This document shows, in pieces, positions 27,519 to 38,464 of a DNA stretch of 64,000 nucleotides. The notes under the pieces were generated by a model. The model was given only the letters and a program-made list of their open reading frames with translations. It had not been told where the DNA came from and did not search any database. Each line of letters begins with the position of its first letter. Position 1 is the stretch's first letter. This stretch comes from Phyllobates terribilis (Eukaryota): NCBI RefSeq assembly GCF_046119375.1, contig NW_027362774.1, positions 21,142,001-21,206,000 on the forward strand, in the 5' to 3' direction. The position numbers were made by a program, and so were the translations under genes.

Positions 27519-27717
27519 TAACACTAATGTATCTGCAGGAAAAACTCAGGGTGCATAAGAAGAAGAGGGCAGCAAGCTGTGCCATTCACACACTAGTCCC
27601 CTTAGGGGACTGATTTCCCCTGCGGAGATCCAGCTAGTGCAGGAAGCAATGGTGCATCGCTTATATTTTTTTTTAACCCAATCCAAGCACTTGACCCTTT
27701 GCTTTAAAAAAAAAAAA

Positions 27718-27968
27718 AAAAAAAACTGCATTACTCACCCTCCCCTGGTCCAGCTCTCTGTCTCTGCCGCTGCCCCCGGTGTCTGTTTTTATATTCTGCA
27801 TCCAATCAGTGGCTCGTACTGTCAGCTTGGGCAGAGCCGCTGAGATTTATTGATTGGCTGCAGAGCTGTCGACGTGACTTCAGCACTGCAAAAGCAATGA
27901 CAGACACCGGGGGTCAGCAGCGGAGACTCGGCGCTGGACCTGGGAATAGTGAGTAATGCAGTTTTTTT
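27718..27968. mobile_element. Hairpin MITE downstream of the FAAP24 stop (repeated in copies 2 and 3)
   Basis: AAAAACTGCATTACTCAC / GTGAGTAATGCAGTTTTT ends and nested complementary arms. Confidence 0.7.
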
Positions 27969-28276
27969 AGTAGGGGAGTTTCAAAACCAGAAATCCCCTT
28001 TAAGTAATCCATTGATTTATATAATGTGGTGTAACCCCCCCCCCCCTACTGAAGTGTATGCTGCTGCCCCCTGGTAGTAATGTGCTATAACCTTATGGAT
28101 AAAGACAGCGGTGAGGTGAGAGATGCTGCGGGCATGATGTTGTGGGGTAGATTATATAGGAAGCATAATAAATAGCAAGCCGCCAACAGACGTCACCTCT
28201 CAAGATTGGAAGGGGGGGATGCCGGATGACCCCTCTAAATTAGTAACAAAAAAAACCACCAAACTTTGCACTATGT

Positions 28277-28294
28277 AATAAATGTCATTTTATT
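28277..28294. terminator. Face-to-face polyadenylation signals (AATAAA on plus, AATAAA on minus); also at 32660-32677 and 37045-37062
   Basis: Sequence AATAAA-TGTCAT-TTTATT between the convergent stop codons. Confidence 0.45.
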
Positions 28295-29441
28295 CCTCAT
28301 GGACAGATTATTTCCTGCCGCCCGTCAGACATTATTTCCGCAATCGCCATTATATTTCTGATAAAACTCAATATTGCACAATGTACGGTAATCTCAACCA
28401 GTAAAAGTGGATATTTGCTGCCGGCACCAGGGTCCTTTTATTAAATGGCAATCTCTTGCTTTTCTGTGGCGGCGATCAGGAAACCTGCGTCCTCTTAAAT
28501 ACACTTAAATATATACAATCTTATATAAACCCTAAAAATGAAGAAACAAATCTATATTTAACAGATATTTACAAATCTTTCCCTTATAATAGGGGAATCG
28601 TGGTGTCGGAGATCAGCAGAAAACAACATTTTTAACCTTTGTTCCTTTTTAAATCGCATCTACGAAGAGAAAGGATAAAAAAAATGCAATAATCACACGG
28701 AGAAATGACAGCGATCTGCACCCGGCTCTTGATACTACAACTCCCAGCATGGAGGAACCGGAGACGTGCGGACCACCGACCTACAGTAACCATCGTGTGC
28801 AGATAATAATACCGTATAAACAACACATATAGAAAGAAAACATCCATGCGATACAATACGTCCAGCTTTGTACCAGATAGGGGTTGTAGTCACTGACTGC
28901 AGTGAACACCGTCTATAGCAGCATCTGGAGGAAAGTTGGGGTAGTCTATCCCGTCTACGTCTTTGGTCCATGTGTCAAAATAATAGCAATATTATACGGA
29001 AAAAAAATATATAGAATTTCCTACTTACGCGATTTTTTTTTTTATTATTTCGATTTTTTTTTTTTTGATTTTTTTTTTAATATAAAAAAAAATTAAGTTG
29101 TGAAGAAGGATGCACTACCTGACTATGACCTGCAGGTGGCAGCATTTAACCTACTAAAAGTTTTCTTGCTCTCCTGTAATATTTCCCCAGCGTTTTCTGC
29201 AGTAATCGGCAAGTTAAAAATGGCTACTAATTTCATTGCAATCTAAAAACAGATAGCGAAAAAATTAAGAAAAACGGTATTTTTTTTTTAACTATTTAAG
29301 AACAGATCCAACTTTACCAATATGGAGGAGAAGGTAAAAAAAAAAAAATCCTGTTCAATGAGAAAATGTATAAATTAATTGTCACAGCTCTCGGGATTGT
29401 CACAGTTGTCTCTAGGAGTCTCTTTTTGGGACAGGAGGGGG

Positions 29442-29696
29442 TCAGTACATGGCACTGTCACATGCCCGGTTGTCGTAGGGTGAGAGGAAAAGTTTGCTGC
29501 TTTGGGGCTTGGCGGTGGCGGGGGAAGCGAGGCACAAGGTGCTTGCTGCTTTCTGGCGGTTTCTGAATCCCCAGCTGAGGAAGGATAATTTTTTTGTTGC
29601 TTTTTGAATTTTGGGGTTCTTGTCATCGTCCATTGTTAGACAGATCAGGGAGTAGGTCTTCTGCATCCCGGCTGAGTATGTGGCGCTCTTGTTGTG
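29442..29696 (-). other. RHPN2: Duplicated RHPN2 terminal exon, copy 1
   Basis: Same translation and acceptor. Confidence 0.9.
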
Positions 29697-29894
29697 CTGT
29701 ATAAGCAAAGAGAAGAATGGGATATTATCTCCAATTATAGAAGTCATAGACAGCTGTCCGAGATCGGAACGCGGTGCACGGATCTGACGGCGGCGCTCCC
29801 GACCTGCGTTCCAATGGTTAACAATACAACACAATTAAAAAGAAGAAGAAATTAGGTTGTACAATTTAAAAAAAAGTGTATATATATATATACA

Positions 29895-30401
29895 CAGTAC
29901 AGACCACCTTCTCATTTAAAGATTTTTCTGTATTTTCATGACTATGAAAATTGTACATTCACACTGAAGGCATCAAAACTATGAATTACCACATGTGGAA
30001 TTATATACTTAACAAAAAAGTGTGAAACAACTGAAAATATGTCTTATATTCTAGGTTCTTCAAAGTAGCCACCTTTTGCTTTGATGACTGCTTTGCACAC
30101 TCTTGGCATTCTCTTGATGAGCTTCAAGAGGTAGTCACCGGAAATGGTCTTCACTTCACAGGTGTGACCTGTCAGGTTTAATAAGTGTGCAAAGCAGTCA
30201 TCAATGCAAAAGGTGGCTACTTTGAAGAACCTAGAATATAAGACATATTTTCAGCTGTTTCACTTTTTTTTGTTAAGTATATAATTCCACATGTGGTAAT
30301 TCATAGTTTTGATGCCTTCAGTGTGAATGTACAATTTTCATACTGGAGAAAATACGGAAAATTCTTTAAATGAGGTGTGTCCAAACTTTTGGTCTGTACT
30401 G
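29895..30401 (+). mobile_element. Internally deleted (507 bp) hybrid DD38E element, triplication junction 1
   Basis: Left TIR plus ~30 bp fused at AGTG (30184-30187) to the distal right TIR. Confidence 0.92.
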
Positions 30402-30536
30402 TATATATATATATTTATTTATTTATTTAATGATAAAAAAATATTTATAATATATATTTCAAAATATATTTTTTATTTCAATAAATATATTTTATTAATA
30501 ATAATCAATATATATGCATTTTATTTTTTTTTAAAG

Positions 30537-30689
30537 GCCAGCAACTTAAAGGGCGTTATTATAGCAGAGAGGACGCGGCTTAGTGATCAGTACTTTCCTC
30601 CGGTGCAGAACTTTGTGGCGCTGGAACTCGGCATGGCGTTACTCCCCGTTACTAGTCAGAGCGAAGCGGCTCAGCTAATATGTCATTTA
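30537..30689 (+). other. FAAP24: Duplicated FAAP24 exon 4, copy 2
   Basis: Matches copy 1 except synonymous GCA>GCG at 30620; splice sites intact. Confidence 0.9.
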
Positions 30690-31656
30690 GTAAGTAAATA
30701 GGTCATAAAGCATTATAATTATTATTATATTTTTTATTTTATAATTTTTTTTTTTTATTAATAAATTATATTTTTACTTTATTTTTTCATTATTATCATA
30801 CCACTCATTGCAGGAGGGTAAAGTGCATCTCACTTTTCAGAATAAGCTGTCATATGTGTGTACATGACAAATAACACTATTTCTGGTCATTATATGGCTT
30901 GTATCCTGGATTTTTCACCAGTTTTCCCCTCTGCAGCCTCTATCTCTAAATTTCAGTTGTCTCTGAGCTAGTGGGTGCAGACTAGCTGCCATGATGTCTC
31001 CCATGCACAGACATGAGGGATTCCTGCTCTTATTTCTCTATAGTAACAAGCAGCAGCAGCATGGAGGATATAATACAGCAGTGTTGCTGTGAATCCAGAC
31101 CTGGGTTGACAAACACTAGAAAGCAGCAGCCCCATCTGTGTGTCTATTCCACTCCTGCTTCTCCCTTTATTCTATCTATCTATCTATCTATCTTAGTTGT
31201 AATCTGATCCCTCAGTGACCTTGAACAGGAGATATTTTTAGCAATATTATAAGTAAATGATAAGTTCAAACTAGAGAAGAAGTGGAGAAAGAAGCATATT
31301 TCTCTGGTAAGAAATACTACAACTTTTCTTTTATTTGCATGTAATATTAATTTATGCAAAGTTTGTCCAATTAATTACTAACCTTCTGCCACCACTAGAG
31401 GGAGCTTGCAGTATACGGATTTTTAAAGCAATGGCAGCTGTAGAAATCTGCATGCGGTGAGCTCCCCCTAATGGTAGGAAAGTGGTAAAAAGAGCAACGA
31501 ATTAAGAGTCACATTCGGACGACTTGATCTCATTTTATTATTAGGCTTAGGGCCTTTCTTTTATAGTTGAAGTGCATTAAATACCAAATCACATAAAAAT
31601 GTCATGAAATGTAGCTAAAACCAAAATTAAATATCCTCCCCTATCCCCCCCCACAG

Positions 31657-31902
31657 GTGCAAGAGCGAAGCAGAGAAGGGGGCAGCAACCCTTTTATTGG
31701 CAAGAAGCGCGGCCATCTTTGTGAAGCCGGCGTCCTGCAGACCGTACAGAGGATCCCGGGGGTCGGCCGGGTGAAGGCTCTTCAGCTCCTTCAGTATTTT
31801 CCCAGCATTCAGCAACTTTCCAACGCGTCTCTGAAGGAGCTGGAGGCCGTGGTGGGACGAGGAATCGCCAGCAACATCCATTCTTTCTTTACACAAACTT
31901 GA
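31657..31902 (+). other. FAAP24: Duplicated FAAP24 terminal exon, copy 2
   Basis: Same 81-aa translation, acceptor intact. Confidence 0.9.
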
Positions 31903-33824
31903 TAACACTAATGTATCTGCAGGAAAAACTCAGGGTGCATAAGAAGAAGAGGGCAGCAAGCTGTGCCATTCACACACTAGTCCCCTTAGGGGACTGATTT
32001 CCCCTGCGGAGATCCAGCTAGTGCAGGAAGCAATGGTGCATCGCTTATATTTTTTTTTAACCCAATCCAAGCACTTGACCCTTTGCTTTAAAAAAAAAAA
32101 AAAAAAAAACTGCATTACTCACCCTCCCCTGGTCCAGCTCTCTGTCTCTGCCGCTGCCCCCGGTGTCTGTTTTTATATTCTGCATCCAATCAGTGGCTCG
32201 TACTGTCAGCTTGGGCAGAGCCGCTGAGATTTATTGATTGGCTGCAGAGCTGTCGACGTGACTTCAGCACTGCAAAAGCAATGACAGACACCGGGGGTCA
32301 GCAGCGGAGACTCGGCGCTGGACCTGGGAATAGTGAGTAATGCAGTTTTTTTAGTAGGGGAGTTTCAAAACCAGAAATCCCCTTTAAGTAATCCATTGAT
32401 TTATATAATGTGGTGTAACCCCCCCCCCCTACTGAAGTGTATGCTGCTGCCCCCTGGTAGTAATGTGCTATAACCTTATGGATAAAGACAGCGGTGAGGT
32501 GAGAGATGCTGCGGGCATGATGTTGTGGGGTAGATTATATAGGAAGCATAATAAATAGCAAGCCGCCAACAGACGTCACCTCTCAAGATTGGAAGGGGGG
32601 GATGCCGGATGACCCCTCTAAATTAGTAACAAAAAAAACCACCAAACTTTGCACTATGTAATAAATGTCATTTTATTCCTCATGGACAGATTATTTCCTG
32701 CCGCCCGTCAGACATTATTTCCGCAATCGCCATTATATTTCTGATAAAACTCAATATTGCACAATGTACGGTAATCTCAACCAGTAAAAGTGGATATTTG
32801 CTGCCGGCACCAGGGTCCTTTTATTAAATGGCAATCTCTTGCTTTTCTGTGGCGGCGATCAGGAAACCTGCGTCCTCTTAAATACACTTAAATATATACA
32901 ATCTTATATAAACCCTAAAAATGAAGAAACAAATCTATATTTAACAGATATTTACAAATCTTTCCCTTATAATAGGGGAATCGTGGTGTCGGAGATCAGC
33001 AGAAAACAACATTTTTAACCTTTGTTCCTTTTTAAATCGCATCTACGAAGAGAAAGGATAAAAAAAATGCAATAATCACACGGAGAAATGACAGCGATCT
33101 GCACCCGGCTCTTGATACTACAACTCCCAGCATGGAGGAACCGGAGACGTGCGGACCACCGACCTACAGTAACCATCGTGTGCAGATAATAATACCGTAT
33201 AAACAACACATATAGAAAGAAAACATCCATGCGATACAATACGTCCAGCTTTGTACCAGATAGGGGTTGTAGTCACTGACTGCAGTGAACACCGTCTATA
33301 GCAGCATCTGGAGGAAAGTTGGGGTAGTCTATCCCGTCTACGTCTTTGGTCCATGTGTCAAAATAATAGCAATATTATACGGAAAAAAAATATATAGAAT
33401 TTCCTACTTACGCGATTTTTTTTTTTATTATTTCGATTTTTTTTTTTTTGATTTTTTTTTTAATATAAAAAAAAATTAAGTTGTGAAGAAGGATGCACTA
33501 CCTGACTATGACCTGCAGGTGGCAGCATTTAACCTACTAAAAGTTTTCTTGCTCTCCTGTAATATTTCCCCAGCGTTTTCTGCAGTAATCGGCAAGTTAA
33601 AAATGGCTACTAATTTCATTGCAATCTAAAAACAGATAGCGAAAAAATTAAGAAAAACGGTATTTTTTTTTTAACTATTTAAGAACAGATCCAACTTTAC
33701 CAATATGGAGGAGAAGGTAAAAAAAAAAAAATCCTGTTCAATGAGAAAATGTATAAATTAATTGTCACAGCTCTCGGGATTGTCACAGTTGTCTCTAGGA
33801 GTCTCTTTTTGGGACAGGAGGGGG

Positions 33825-34079
33825 TCAGTACATGGCACTGTCACATGCCCGGTTGTCGTAGGGTGAGAGGAAAAGTTTGCTGCTTTGGGGCTTGGCGGTG
33901 GCGGGGGAAGCGAGGCACAAGGTGCTTGCTGCTTTCTGGCGGTTTCTGAATCCCCAGCTGAGGAAGGATAATTTTTTTGTTGCTTTTTGAATTTTGGGGT
34001 TCTTGTCATCGTCCATTGTTAGACAGATCAGGGAGTAGGTCTTCTGCATCCCGGCTGAGTATGTGGCGCTCTTGTTGTG
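33825..34079 (-). other. RHPN2: Duplicated RHPN2 terminal exon, copy 2
   Basis: Same translation and acceptor as the copy at 38210-38464. Confidence 0.88.
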
Positions 34080-34277
34080 CTGTATAAGCAAAGAGAAGAA
34101 TGGGATATTATCTCCAATTATAGAAGTCATAGACAGCTGTCCGAGATCGGAACGCGGTGCACGGATCTGACGGCGGCGCTCCCGACCTGCGTTCCAATGG
34201 TTAACAATACAACACAATTAAAAAGAAGAAGAAATTAGGTTGTACAATTTAAAAAAAAGTGTATATATATATATACA

Positions 34278-34784
34278 CAGTACAGACCACCTTCTCATTT
34301 AAAGATTTTTCTGTATTTTCATGACTATGAAAATTGTACATTCACACTGAAGGCATCAAAACTATGAATTACCACATGTGGAATTATATACTTAACAAAA
34401 AAGTGTGAAACAACTGAAAATATGTCTTATATTCTAGGTTCTTCAAAGTAGCCACCTTTTGCTTTGATGACTGCTTTGCACACTCTTGGCATTCTCTTGA
34501 TGAGCTTCAAGAGGTAGTCACCGGAAATGGTCTTCACTTCACAGGTGTGACCTGTCAGGTTTAATAAGTGTGCAAAGCAGTCATCAATGCAAAAGGTGGC
34601 TACTTTGAAGAACCTAGAATATAAGACATATTTTCAGCTGTTTCACTTTTTTTTGTTAAGTATATAATTCCACATGTGGTAATTCATAGTTTTGATGCCT
34701 TCAGTGTGAATGTACAATTTTCATACTGGAGAAAATACGGAAAATTCTTTAAATGAGGTGTGTCCAAACTTTTGGTCTGTACTG
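34278..34784 (+). mobile_element. Internally deleted hybrid DD38E element, triplication junction 2
   Basis: Same as 29895-30401; junction AGTG at 34567-34570. Confidence 0.92.
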
Positions 34785-34919
34785 TATATATATATATTTA
34801 TTTATTTATTTAATGATAAAAAAATATTTATAATATATATTTCAAAATATATTTTTTATTTCAATAAATATATTTTATTAATAATAATCAATATATATGC
34901 ATTTTATTTTTTTTTAAAG

Positions 34920-35072
34920 GCCAGCAACTTAAAGGGCGTTATTATAGCAGAGAGGACGCGGCTTAGTGATCAGTACTTTCCTCCGGTGCAGAACTTTGTG
35001 GCGCTGGAACTCGGCATGGCGTTACTCCCCGTTACTAGTCAGAGCGAAGCGGCTCAGCTAATATGTCATTTA
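34920..35072 (+). other. FAAP24: Duplicated FAAP24 exon 4, copy 3
   Basis: Same as copy 2 (GCG at 35003). Confidence 0.88.
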
Positions 35073-36039
35073 GTAAGTAAATAGGTCATAAAGCATTATA
35101 ATTATTATTATATTTTTTATTTTATAATTTTTTTTTTTTATTAATAAATTATATTTTTACTTTATTTTTTCATTATTATCATACCACTCATTGCAGGAGG
35201 GTAAAGTGCATCTCACTTTTCAGAATAAGCTGTCATATGTGTGTACATGACAAATAACACTATTTCTGGTCATTATATGGCTTGTATCCTGGATTTTTCA
35301 CCAGTTTTCCCCTCTGCAGCCTCTATCTCTAAATTTCAGTTGTCTCTGAGCTAGTGGGTGCAGACTAGCTGCCATGATGTCTCCCATGCACAGACATGAG
35401 GGATTCCTGCTCTTATTTCTCTATAGTAACAAGCAGCAGCAGCATGGAGGATATAATACAGCAGTGTTGCTGTGAATCCAGACCTGGGTTGACAAACACT
35501 AGAAAGCAGCAGCCCCATCTGTGTGTCTATTCCACTCCTGCTTCTCCCTTTATTCTATCTATCTATCTATCTATCTTAGTTGTAATCTGATCCCTCAGTG
35601 ACCTTGAACAGGAGATATTTTTAGCAATATTATAAGTAAATGATAAGTTCAAACTAGAGAAGAAGTGGAGAAAGAAGCATATTTCTCTGGTAAGAAATAC
35701 TACAACTTTTCTTTTATTTGCATGTAATATTAATTTATGCAAAGTTTGTCCAATTAATTACTAACCTTCTGCCACCACTAGAGGGAGCTTGCAGTATACG
35801 GATTTTTAAAGCAATGGCAGCTGTAGAAATCTGCATGCGGTGAGCTCCCCCTAATGGTAGGAAAGTGGTAAAAAGAGCAACGAATTAAGAGTCACATTCG
35901 GACGACTTGATCTCATTTTATTATTAGGCTTAGGGCCTTTCTTTTATAGTTGAAGTGCATTAAATACCAAATCACATAAAAATGTCATGAAATGTAGCTA
36001 AAACCAAAATTAAATATCCTCCCCTATCCCCCCCCACAG

Positions 36040-36285
36040 GTGCAAGAGCGAAGCAGAGAAGGGGGCAGCAACCCTTTTATTGGCAAGAAGCGCGGCCATC
36101 TTTGTGAAGCCGGCGTCCTGCAGACCGTACAGAGGATCCCGGGGGTCGGCCGGGTGAAGGCTCTTCAGCTCCTTCAGTATTTTCCCAGCATTCAGCAACT
36201 TTCCAACGCGTCTCTGAAGGAGCTGGAGGCCGTGGTGGGACGAGGAATCGCCAGCAACATCCATTCTTTCTTTACACAAACTTGA
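36040..36285 (+). other. FAAP24: Duplicated FAAP24 terminal exon, copy 3
   Basis: Same 81-aa translation. Confidence 0.88.
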
Positions 36286-38209
36286 TAACACTAATGTATC
36301 TGCAGGAAAAACTCAGGGTGCATAAGAAGAAGAGGGCAGCAAGCTGTGCCATTCACACACTAGTCCCCTTAGGGGACTGATTTCCCCTGCGGAGATCCAG
36401 CTAGTGCAGGAAGCAATGGTGCATCGCTTATATTTTTTTTTAACCCAATCCAAGCACTTGACCCTTTGCTTTAAAAAAAAAAAAAAAAAAAACTGCATTA
36501 CTCACCCTCCCCTGGTCCAGCTCTCTGTCTCTGCCGCTGCCCCCGGTGTCTGTTTTTATATTCTGCATCCAATCAGTGGCTCGTACTGTCAGCTTGGGCA
36601 GAGCCGCTGAGATTTATTGATTGGCTGCAGAGCTGTCGACGTGACTTCAGCACTGCAAAAGCAATGACAGACACCGGGGGTCAGCAGCGGAGACTCGGCG
36701 CTGGACCTGGGAATAGTGAGTAATGCAGTTTTTTTAGTAGGGGAGTTTCAAAACCAGAAATCCCCTTTAAGTAATCCATTGATTTATATAATGTGGTGTA
36801 ACCCCCCCCCCCCCTACTGAAGTGTATGCTGCTGCCCCCTGGTAGTAATGTGCTATAACCTTATGGATAAAGACAGCGGTGAGGTGAGAGATGCTGCGGG
36901 CATGATGTTGTGGGGTAGATTATATAGGAAGCATAATAAATAGCAAGCCGCCAACAGACGTCACCTCTCAAGATTGGAAGGGGGGGATGCCGGATGACCC
37001 CTCTAAATTAGTAACAAAAAAAACCACCAAACTTTGCACTATGTAATAAATGTCATTTTATTCCTCATGGACAGATTATTTCCTGCCGCCCGTCAGACAT
37101 TATTTCCGCAATCGCCATTATATTTCTGATAAAACTCAATATTGCACAATGTACGGTAATCTCAACCAGTAAAAGTGGATATTTGCTGCCGGCACCAGGG
37201 TCCTTTTATTAAATGGCAATCTCTTGCTTTTCTGTGGCGGCGATCAGGAAACCTGCGTCCTCTTAAATACACTTAAATATATACAATCTTATATAAACCC
37301 TAAAAATGAAGAAACAAATCTATATTTAACAGATATTTACAAATCTTTCCCTTATAATAGGGGAATCGTGGTGTCGGAGATCAGCAGAAAACAACATTTT
37401 TAACCTTTGTTCCTTTTTAAATCGCATCTACGAAGAGAAAGGATAAAAAAAATGCAATAATCACACGGAGAAATGACAGCGATCTGCACCCGGCTCTTGA
37501 TACTACAACTCCCAGCATGGAGGAACCGGAGACGTGCGGACCACCGACCTACAGTAACCATCGTGTGCAGATAATAATACCGTATAAACAACACATATAG
37601 AAAGAAAACATCCATGCGATACAATACGTCCAGCTTTGTACCAGATAGGGGTTGTAGTCACTGACTGCAGTGAACACCGTCTATAGCAGCATCTGGAGGA
37701 AAGTTGGGGTAGTCTATCCCGTCTACGTCTTTGGTCCATGTGTCAAAATAATAGCAATATTATACGGAAAAAAAATATATAGAATTTCCTACTTACGCGA
37801 TTTTTTTTTTTATTATTTCGATTTTTTTTTTTTTGATTTTTTTTTTAATATAAAAAAAAATTAAGTTGTGAAGAAGGATGCACTACCTGACTATGACCTG
37901 CAGGTGGCAGCATTTAACCTACTAAAAGTTTTCTTGCTCTCCTGTAATATTTCCCCAGCGTTTTCTGCAGTAATCGGCAAGTTAAAAATGGCTACTAATT
38001 TCATTGCAATCTAAAAACAGATAGCGAAAAAATTAAGAAAAACGGTATTTTTTTTTTAACTATTTAAGAACAGATCCAACTTTACCAATATGGAGGAGAA
38101 GGTAAAAAAAAAAAAATCCTGTTCAATGAGAAAATGTATAAATTAATTGTCACAGCTCTCGGGATTGTCACAGTTGTCTCTAGGAGTCTCTTTTTGGGAC
38201 AGGAGGGGG

Positions 38210-38464
38210 TCAGTACATGGCACTGTCACATGCCCGGTTGTCGTAGGGTGAGAGGAAAAGTTTGCTGCTTTGGGGCTTGGCGGTGGCGGGGGAAGCGAGG
38301 CACAAGGTGCTTGCTGCTTTCTGGCGGTTTCTGAATCCCCAGCTGAGGAAGGATAATTTTTTTGTTGCTTTTTGAATTTTGGGGTTCTTGTCATCGTCCA
38401 TTGTTAGACAGATCAGGGAGTAGGTCTTCTGCATCCCGGCTGAGTATGTGGCGCTCTTGTTGTG
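38210..38464 (-). CDS. RHPN2: RHPN2 terminal coding exon (proximal copy, copy 3)
   Basis: ACAG acceptor, HNKSATY...DSAMY-stop. Confidence 0.92.
   Translation of the reverse strand, partial: HNKSATYSAGMQKTYSLICLTMDDDKNPKIQKATKKLSFLSWGFRNRQKAASTLCLASPATAKPQSSKLFLSPYDNRACDSAMY

Noticed and set aside
27243-27524. 93-aa antisense ORF (three copies)
   Set aside because: Shadow ORF of the FAAP24 terminal exon.
27273-36285. Three paralogous FAAP24 genes
   Set aside because: Only exons 4-5 are repeated. The promoter and exons 1-3 are single-copy.
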